Below are positions 57,201 through 64,000 of a DNA stretch of 64,000 nt, in pieces; the first letter of the stretch is position 1, and each line of letters opens with the position of its first letter. The stretch is from positions 25,462 through 89,461 of the forward strand of contig CABYNA010000003.1 in the NCBI GenBank assembly GCA_902520215.1, read 5' to 3'. A program made the position numbers and the translations under genes. This stretch comes from an uncultured Pelagibacteraceae bacterium (GTDB lineage: Bacteria > Pseudomonadota > Alphaproteobacteria > Pelagibacterales > Pelagibacteraceae). The notes under the pieces were generated by a model. It worked only from the letters and a program-made list of their open reading frames with translations, was not told the origin of the DNA and searched no databases.

Positions 57201-58160
57201 ATGAAAAAATTTTTAATAATTGGAGGAGGGGCCATGGGATCTGCTTTCACAATTCCCTGCCTGGAAAATAAGAATGATGTTGTAATTACTGAGCCTTACT
57301 CAAAAAAATTCATAAAAGAATTATCCTCAAAAAGAAAATACCATTCTGCATTAAAAATGAATTTGCCAAAAAAACTTAAATTTCGAAAATATTCTGGTGA
57401 TTTATTAAAAGAAAAATTTGATTTAATAGTAATTGCTTTAAGTTTACCTGGAATAGACTTTATTGGTAAAGAGTTGAAGAAAAATAAGATTAATACACCT
57501 TTGTTGGTTCTTACCAAAGGGTTAAAATATATATCTAGGAGTAAGAAAATTTTTACTATTTCTGAAAAACTTCAAAAAGTTTCTGGGATAAAAAATATTT
57601 CAGTTTTAAAAGGTCCTTGCTTAGCAAAAGAATTGGCGAGAAAACATCAAACAAGTGTAATAATTGCAAATAAAAATATAAATTTTGCAAAAAAAATAGG
57701 AAAAAGAATTTCTACAAAATATTATTTAAATGAATTCTCAAGAGATATTATTGGTGTTGAGGTCTGCTCAGCAATTAAAAATATATATGCAATGATTATA
57801 GGTGCTAGTCAAAGTCTAAATACGTCGTCAAGTTTATTTCAAAGATCAATTAATGAAATGAAATATTTGACTAAATATTTTAAAGGAAAAGAAACAAGTA
57901 CACTTGGGCTTGCTGGTGTGGGTGATTTATATGTTAGCGCTGCGGGTGGTCGAAATAGCAAAATGGGCAGTTACTTAGGAAAAGGATATACATTTAAAAA
58001 TGCAAAAAAAAGATTTATGCCTAATGACACTGTTGAAGGAGAACAATTAGTTAGAGAAATTGCCCCATATATTATGAGAAAAATTAATAAAAAAAAAATT
58101 CCTTTAATGATTAGTTTATTTAGAGCAATATTGAATAATAGAAAACTTACAGTCACTTAA
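57201..58160 (+). CDS. NAD(P)-dependent glycerol-3-phosphate dehydrogenase-like protein (divergent)
   Basis: GGGAMG, LTKG, LKGPCLAKE, AIKNIYA, GLAGVGDL..GGRNSKMG, VEG. Confidence 0.7.
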   Translation: MKKFLIIGGGAMGSAFTIPCLENKNDVVITEPYSKKFIKELSSKRKYHSALKMNLPKKLKFRKYSGDLLKEKFDLIVIALSLPGIDFIGKELKKNKINTPLLVLTKGLKYISRSKKIFTISEKLQKVSGIKNISVLKGPCLAKELARKHQTSVIIANKNINFAKKIGKRISTKYYLNEFSRDIIGVEVCSAIKNIYAMIIGASQSLNTSSSLFQRSINEMKYLTKYFKGKETSTLGLAGVGDLYVSAAGGRNSKMGSYLGKGYTFKNAKKRFMPNDTVEGEQLVREIAPYIMRKINKKKIPLMISLFRAILNNRKLTVT

Positions 58161-58166
58161 AAAAAT

Positions 58167-59327
58167 ATGAAATCTAATTGGAATTATCCAACAACAGTTT
58201 GGGTAGGCAAAGATAGAATTAAAGATTTAGGTGAAGCTTGCCATAATTTAAAGATTAACAATCCATTATTTGTTACTGACAAAGATTTGGTAAATCTTCC
58301 ATTTATTAAGGAGGTAATTAGTGAAATTAAAAAAAAGTTAAAAAAGTTAATATTATTTTCAAATTTTACAGGAAATCCATTTGGTGAGAATGTTGATGAA
58401 GGTGTGAAAGAATTTAAACAGAATGATTGTGATGGCGTAATTACGATTGGTGGAGGAAGTGCAATTGATGTTGGGAAAGCTATAGCTTTTATGTCAAGTC
58501 AAAGTAGACCCATTTGGGATTTTGAGGATGTTGGAGATTATTGGAAAAGAGCTAATGATAAAAATATTTTTCCAATAATTGCAATTCCAACTACTGCAGG
58601 AACAGGATCTGAAACTGGTCGAGCATCTGCAATCATCAATAAAAAAACGGGTGTTAAAAAAATTATATTTCATCCAAAAATTTTACCTTCAATTGTTATT
58701 CTAGATCCAAAATTGACTATTGAGCTTTCTCCAAGGTTAACTGCTGCAACAGGGATGGATGCCTTAGCTCACAATCTTGAGGCATACTGTGCACCAAACT
58801 TTCATCCTATGGCAGATGGTATTGCTTTGGAGGGAATGAAACTTATTAAAAATTCACTTGTTGTTGCATACCAAGATGGAAAAAATATTGAAGCTAGACA
58901 AAATCTTTTAGCAGCTTCGTCAATGGGTTCGACTGCTTTTCAAAAGGGATTAGGTGCTATTCATTCATTAAGCCATCCTGTTAATGCTCAATATAATATT
59001 CATCATGGATTGAGTAATGCAATTTTTATGCCGTATGTATTAACTTTTAATAAATCTATTATAGAAAAAAAAATTATCTCAATTTGTGATTATTTAGATT
59101 TAGATAAAAATTTTGAAAGTTTTTTATCGTGGATTTTGAATTTAAGAAAAGATTTAGCAATTCCCCATAAACTATCTGACATTATGGATTGTTCCAAACT
59201 AGATTTAAATAAATTATCTCTAATGGCTTTAGAAGATCCATCTACTAGTGGTAATCCAAAAAAAATCAATCAAGAGGATCTTAAACTGATGTATCAGCAC
59301 AGCATTTCAGGAGAATTGTTTGAATGA
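58167..59327 (+). CDS. Iron-containing alcohol dehydrogenase
   Basis: GGGSAIDVGK, IPTTAGTGSE, GMDALAHNLE, HSLSH, HHGLSN. Confidence 0.92.
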   Translation: MKSNWNYPTTVWVGKDRIKDLGEACHNLKINNPLFVTDKDLVNLPFIKEVISEIKKKLKKLILFSNFTGNPFGENVDEGVKEFKQNDCDGVITIGGGSAIDVGKAIAFMSSQSRPIWDFEDVGDYWKRANDKNIFPIIAIPTTAGTGSETGRASAIINKKTGVKKIIFHPKILPSIVILDPKLTIELSPRLTAATGMDALAHNLEAYCAPNFHPMADGIALEGMKLIKNSLVVAYQDGKNIEARQNLLAASSMGSTAFQKGLGAIHSLSHPVNAQYNIHHGLSNAIFMPYVLTFNKSIIEKKIISICDYLDLDKNFESFLSWILNLRKDLAIPHKLSDIMDCSKLDLNKLSLMALEDPSTSGNPKKINQEDLKLMYQHSISGELFE

Positions 59328-60106
59328 AAAAAATATTAATTGTAGAGGGAAACTTAAGAGAAGAAAATAACAGCTTTTCAGAAAATGGTATTCAAACACA
59401 TACAGAAAGCTTAAAGGACAGCTTAAGCCATTTTACTGATGATCTTTCATTTGATGTTGTTAACCCCTCTTCAGATCAAAATATTCAATTGATATCTGGT
59501 CAACTCGAGCAGTATGATGGTCTTATTTGGGGTGGAAGTAGTTTAAATATTTATAATGATACTCCAGAAATTAGAAGGCAAATTGAATTCATGAAAAATT
59601 GTCAAAATAAAGTAGGGAAAATTTTGGCAATTTGTTGGGGTATGCAAGTAGCAGTCACAGCAGCAGGTGGCCAAGTCAAAAAGGCTGATAATTCACATAT
59701 TGGTATAGCAAATGAAATAGAGATAAACAAAAATGGAATAAACCATCCTCTTTATAAAAATAAAGATAAAAAATTTAATTCCCCAGCATTCAATTTTGAT
59801 GAGGTAGTAAAAATACCTGATAAAGGAATTTGTTTAGCCTCGAACAAGATAAATAAAGTTCAAGGTTTATATTTTGAGGTTAATAAGACAAAAATTTGGG
59901 GGCTACAATACCATCCAGAAATAACTTATGAAAAAATGATTAATCTTATTGAGTTTAGAAAAGAAAGATTAATTGAAAGTAGAAAAGTATTTAAAGATGA
60001 CACTGAAGTTCAAAAACACATTGCTTTTATTAAAAAAGAAATTTCAGTTTCAGATAAAGAAAAGAGAATGTTAGAGCTTAAAAATTGGCTTAACGAATTA
60101 AATTAA
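59324..60106 (+). CDS. Class I glutamine amidotransferase-like protein
   Basis: YDGLIWGGS, nucleophile AICWGMQ, QYHPE. Confidence 0.85.
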   Translation: MKKILIVEGNLREENNSFSENGIQTHTESLKDSLSHFTDDLSFDVVNPSSDQNIQLISGQLEQYDGLIWGGSSLNIYNDTPEIRRQIEFMKNCQNKVGKILAICWGMQVAVTAAGGQVKKADNSHIGIANEIEINKNGINHPLYKNKDKKFNSPAFNFDEVVKIPDKGICLASNKINKVQGLYFEVNKTKIWGLQYHPEITYEKMINLIEFRKERLIESRKVFKDDTEVQKHIAFIKKEISVSDKEKRMLELKNWLNELN

Positions 60107-61788
60107 AATAACCCTTCGATTTCACCTTTTTTATTAAGTTTAATAGAGTCTGCTGCTGGTACCCTTGGTAATCCAGGCATTGTCATTATTGCTCCACAGA
60201 CAACAACTATAAATTCAGCTCCTGAGGAAAGCCTTATTTCTCTTATTGGTAATGAGTGACCTGTAGGTGCACCTTTGAGATTAGGATCAGTTGAAAAACT
60301 GTACTGAGTTTTAGCTACACAAATTGGTAATTCTCCATAACCTGCTTCTTCAAAACTTTTAAGTTGATCTCTAATTTTTGTATCAGCAATAACTTCATCG
60401 GCTCTGTAAATTTCTTTTGCTATTGTTTCAATTTTTTTAAACAATGGCGTCTTACTATCGTATAAAAATTTAAATTTATTTTCATTTTTTTCACATAAAT
60501 CAGCAACATGTGAAGCTAATTCTTTTGTACCTTCTCCTCCATTTGCCCAGTGGGTACAAAGACTTGCCTTTATTCCTAATTTATTACAAAAATCAACTAA
60601 AGCTTTTACCTCATCGTCTGTATCTTTTATAAAATGATTTACAGCTATCGCTACAGGAAGACCAAATTTTTTTACATTTTCAACATGCCTTTCAAGGTTG
60701 ACCAAACCTTTTTTTAGTGCCTCAACATTTTCATTTTTAAGATCATCTTTGGCTACACCACCATGCATTTTTAATGCTCTAATTGTAGCAACAATAACTA
60801 CACAACTTGGTTTTAAATCAGATTTTCTACATTTAATATCTAGAAATTTTTCAGCACCAAGATCTGCACCAAACCCAGCTTCAGTTACTACATAGTCAGC
60901 TAATTTAAGTCCGGCCTTAGTTGCGATTACAGAATTACAACCATGTGCAATATTAGCAAAAGGTCCACCATGAATTATTGCGGGATTATTTTCTAATGTT
61001 TGAGTTATGTTTGGTCTTATAGCTTCTTTCAACAAAACAGTCATAGGTCCCTGTGCTTTTAAATCTTTAGCATATATTGGTTTTTTCTCTCTTGTGTAAG
61101 CAACAGTAATATTTCCAATTCTATTTTCTAAATCTTCCAAATTATTAGCCAAGCAAAAGATTGCCATTATTTCTGAAGCAACTGTAATATCAAAACCATC
61201 TTCCCTTGGGAATCCATTAGCGACACCACCAAGATTAATATTAATTGATCTTAACGCTCTATCATTCATATCTAAAACTCTTTTCCAAACAATTCTTCTT
61301 ACATCTATATTAAGTTTATTTCCCCAATAGATATGATTGTCTATCAATGCAGATAAAAGATTATGTGCAGATGTAATTGCATGAAAGTCACCTGTGAAAT
61401 GAAGATTAATTTGTTCCATAGGAACAACTTGAGCATAGCCACCACCAGCAGCTCCACCTTTCATACCAAAAGATGGACCTAAACTTGGTTCTCTTAAACA
61501 GACGATAGATTTTTTTCCGATTTTATTAAGACCATCATTGAGACCTACAGAAGTTGTGGTCTTTCCTTCCCCTGCTGGAGTAGGAGTTATGGCGGTCACT
61601 AAAATTAATTTTCCCTCTTTTTTATTCTTGAGACTATCAAGGTATTCTAAATTTATTTTTGCGATGTGACGCCCCATGGGGCTAAAGGCAGAACTTTCAT
61701 CAGGAACATTTATTTTTGCTAAAATGTCTTTGATTGGTTGCATTTTAGCTTCTCTTGCAATTTGAATGTCTGATTTTATTTCACTCAT
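60103..61788 (-). CDS. fhs: Formate-tetrahydrofolate ligase
   Basis: [50 protein letters not shown]. Confidence 0.97.
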   Translation of the reverse strand: MSEIKSDIQIAREAKMQPIKDILAKINVPDESSAFSPMGRHIAKINLEYLDSLKNKKEGKLILVTAITPTPAGEGKTTTSVGLNDGLNKIGKKSIVCLREPSLGPSFGMKGGAAGGGYAQVVPMEQINLHFTGDFHAITSAHNLLSALIDNHIYWGNKLNIDVRRIVWKRVLDMNDRALRSININLGGVANGFPREDGFDITVASEIMAIFCLANNLEDLENRIGNITVAYTREKKPIYAKDLKAQGPMTVLLKEAIRPNITQTLENNPAIIHGGPFANIAHGCNSVIATKAGLKLADYVVTEAGFGADLGAEKFLDIKCRKSDLKPSCVVIVATIRALKMHGGVAKDDLKNENVEALKKGLVNLERHVENVKKFGLPVAIAVNHFIKDTDDEVKALVDFCNKLGIKASLCTHWANGGEGTKELASHVADLCEKNENKFKFLYDSKTPLFKKIETIAKEIYRADEVIADTKIRDQLKSFEEAGYGELPICVAKTQYSFSTDPNLKGAPTGHSLPIREIRLSSGAEFIVVVCGAIMTMPGLPRVPAADSIKLNKKGEIEGLF

Positions 61789-61911
61789 AAAATTCTTTAA
61801 TTATACAAAAACTGCTCGATTAGTATCTCTTTTTAAGAGCTTTGGAAATATCTAAAAATTATATATAAAAAAAATAGGAACTATTTATATTCATTATTAT
61901 AAAATTTAATC

Positions 61912-63168
61912 ATGCAAAAATATTCAGTATTTAGCCTAATCAAGAATGCTTTTTCTAATCATGAAAAATGGGATTTGGCATGGAAAGATCCTACACCTAA
62001 AAAAGAATACGATGTTGTAATTATTGGTGGTGGCGGCCATGGGTTAGCTACTGCCTACTATTTAGCTAAAGAACATCAAATAACTAATGTGGCTGTTATT
62101 GAAAAAGGATGGATTGGTGGAGGAAATATAGGAAGAAACACTACAATTATCAGATCAAATTTTATGTATGATGATAATGCTAGGTTCAATGAATTTGGAA
62201 TGAACTTGTGGAGAAACATGAGTCAGGAATTAAATTTTAATGTCATGTTTTCACCAAGAGGAATAATAAATTTAGCTCATTCAGATGCGCAAATGAATGC
62301 TTATGCTCGTAGAGGAAACTCTATGAGATTAAATGGAATTGACGCTGTTTTATTAAATAGAGAAGAAGTAAAAAAGATTATACCTATGGCAGATTTTTCT
62401 GATGATGTTAGGTATCCAATTTTTGGAGGCTTAGCACAACCAAGTGCTGGTACTGCTAGACATGATGCGGTCGCATGGGGTTACGCTAGACAAGCTGACT
62501 CAATGGGTGTCGATATAATTCAAAATTGTGAAGTAACAGGATTTGATATTGAGGCAGGAAAAATAACAGGTTTGAGAACATCTAGAGGAGATATTAAATC
62601 AAAAAAAATTGGTTTGTGTGTAGCCGGCAGCACAAATGTTTTAGCAGAAAAACTTAATATGACACTTCCTATAGAAACTCATTTATTACAAGCTTGTGTT
62701 TCTGAGCCAGTGAAACCAGTTTTAGATGGAGTGGTAACCTTTGGTGCTGGACATTTTTATATTAGTCAATCAGATAAAGGTGAGATGGTAATGGGTGGAG
62801 ATCTTGATGGATATAATAGTTATGCACAAAAAGGTAATCTTCCAACAATACAACATGTTTTAACCGGTGGTGTTGCTTTATTTCCATTCTTAAGTCGATT
62901 GAAAATGTTAAGGACTTGGGGAGGGATAATGGATATGTCAATGGATGGTTCACCAATTATTGATAAAACTCATATCGATGGATTATATTTAAATTGTGGT
63001 TGGTGCTATGGAGGTTTCAAATCTGTCCCATCTTCTGGTTGGACATTTGCACATACAATTGCGCAAGATAGAGTTCATGAATTAAATGAAGGATTTAGTC
63101 TAAATAGATTTTCTAAGGGCTACTTGTTAGATGAGAAGGGCCTTGGAACAAAAACTTGGATTTCATAA
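61912..63168 (+). CDS. soxB: Heterotetrameric sarcosine oxidase beta subunit (or N-methylglutamate dehydrogenase MgdA)
   Basis: GGGGHGLATAYYL, GRNTTIIRSN, ARHDAVAWGYAR, GWCYGGFK. Confidence 0.9.
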   Translation: MQKYSVFSLIKNAFSNHEKWDLAWKDPTPKKEYDVVIIGGGGHGLATAYYLAKEHQITNVAVIEKGWIGGGNIGRNTTIIRSNFMYDDNARFNEFGMNLWRNMSQELNFNVMFSPRGIINLAHSDAQMNAYARRGNSMRLNGIDAVLLNREEVKKIIPMADFSDDVRYPIFGGLAQPSAGTARHDAVAWGYARQADSMGVDIIQNCEVTGFDIEAGKITGLRTSRGDIKSKKIGLCVAGSTNVLAEKLNMTLPIETHLLQACVSEPVKPVLDGVVTFGAGHFYISQSDKGEMVMGGDLDGYNSYAQKGNLPTIQHVLTGGVALFPFLSRLKMLRTWGGIMDMSMDGSPIIDKTHIDGLYLNCGWCYGGFKSVPSSGWTFAHTIAQDRVHELNEGFSLNRFSKGYLLDEKGLGTKTWIS

Positions 63169-63435
63169 ATGTTAAATATTAAGTGTCCTTATTGTGGGGA
63201 CAGGTCTCAAAAAGAATTTGCCTATGGGGGTGATGGAACAATTACCAGACCAAAACTAAATCAAGAAATAAGTGACGAAGAATGGGATAATTTTGTTTAT
63301 CTAAGAAAAAGCCCGAGAGGAAAACACATTGAATTGTGGCATCATATTGCTGGATGCAGACAATGGTTTAAAGTTGAGAGAGATACAACTACTCATGAAA
63401 TTTTTAGAACTTTTAAACCAGAGGAAGAATTTTGA
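63169..63435 (+). CDS. soxD: Sarcosine oxidase delta subunit
   Basis: CPYCG..EF.YGG, ELWHHIAGCRQWF..RDT. Confidence 0.92.
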   Translation: MLNIKCPYCGDRSQKEFAYGGDGTITRPKLNQEISDEEWDNFVYLRKSPRGKHIELWHHIAGCRQWFKVERDTTTHEIFRTFKPEEEF

Positions 63436-64000
63436 TGTCACAAAATTTTAGATTAAATACTGGTGGCTTAATCAATAGAGATAAACCTATTGAATTTAAA
63501 TTTAATGGAAAAAAATATATCGGTTATGAGGGTGATACGCTGGCATCAGCACTACTTGCCAATGGCATACATTTAATTGGAAGAAGTTTTAAATATCATC
63601 GTCCAAGAGGGTTTTTTGGTGCAGGAGTTGATGAACCAAATGCAAAAATGCAAGTTGAGATTAATGGTTGCTCAGAACCAAATATTAACGCAACTGAAAT
63701 AGAACTAGTAAATGGTTTATCAGCAACTAGTCAAAATTGTTGGCCATCAGTAAATTTTGATATTGGTGCAATAAATAATTTCTTAAATCGTTTTTTTCCA
63801 GCTGGTTTTTATTACAAAACTTTTATGTGGCCTAAAAGTTTTTGGTACAAAGTGTATGAGCCTTTTATTCGAAAAGCAGCGGGATTAGGAATTGCTCCTC
63901 TAGAAAAAGATAAAGAGAGATATGAGCATAAATATGAATATTGTGATTTATTAGTTACTGGCTCTGGACCCGCTGGTTTAGCAAGTGCTTATGCAGCTGC
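63435..64000 (+). CDS. soxA: Sarcosine oxidase alpha subunit, 5' part (runs off the window)
   Basis: ATG overlaps soxD stop (TGATG); GDTLASALLANG..GRSFKYHRPRG, GFYYKTFMWP, GSGPAGL. Confidence 0.92.
   Translation, partial: MSQNFRLNTGGLINRDKPIEFKFNGKKYIGYEGDTLASALLANGIHLIGRSFKYHRPRGFFGAGVDEPNAKMQVEINGCSEPNINATEIELVNGLSATSQNCWPSVNFDIGAINNFLNRFFPAGFYYKTFMWPKSFWYKVYEPFIRKAAGLGIAPLEKDKERYEHKYEYCDLLVTGSGPAGLASAYAA

Noticed and set aside
61789-61911. THF, glycine or SAM riboswitch upstream of fhs or soxB
   Set aside because: Spacer is short and AT-rich with only a weak CTCTT/AAGAG hairpin; no recognisable aptamer core
1229-62956. Many 60-120 aa ORFs antisense or out of frame to long genes (e.g. 1229-1513, 13175-13498, 42718-43074, 50366-50710)
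   Set aside because: Nested within well-supported genes with no motifs or SD; expected shadow ORFs
1-64000. rRNA, tRNA, prophage, IS elements or defence islands
   Set aside because: No intergenic gap above about 150 nt, no tRNA cloverleaf, and no integrase, transposase or structural phage genes recognised

Overview
A very AT-rich, gene-dense alphaproteobacterial chromosome segment with minimal intergenic DNA. Gene content and order strongly suggest SAR11/Pelagibacter. The left half (1-27 kb) holds nutrient uptake and catabolism genes: two Liv/HAAT-type ABC systems, AzlCD, glutarate hydroxylase CsiD/GlaH, a ProC-like reductase, EutA/DoeA ectoine-type genes, a Pot-type ABC system, a FadN-like enzyme, agmatinase, an aldehyde dehydrogenase and ArgE. 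The middle (27-36 kb) is housekeeping (csaA, acnA, yfgM, bamB, zapE, yjbQ, photolyase) with one phage-like cupin gene inserted. The right half (36-64 kb) is a methylated-amine/C1 cluster: tmm, tmoXWV, tdm, gmaS, mgsABC, a divergent Amt, fhs and soxBDA (possibly mgd). No rRNA, tRNA, CRISPR array or mobile element was seen. The leading candidate for an undescribed system is a second gamma-glutamyl-amine ligase plus a DAO-family flavoprotein lying between tdm and mgsABC, which could fill the dimethylamine step (no dmm genes in the window). Other leads: an Amt with an altered substrate site and a small membrane partner, an unannotated 23-aa membrane microprotein after livM, and a leader hairpin before the first LysE/RhtB gene. 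All family calls come from motif recognition by eye; no database search was run.
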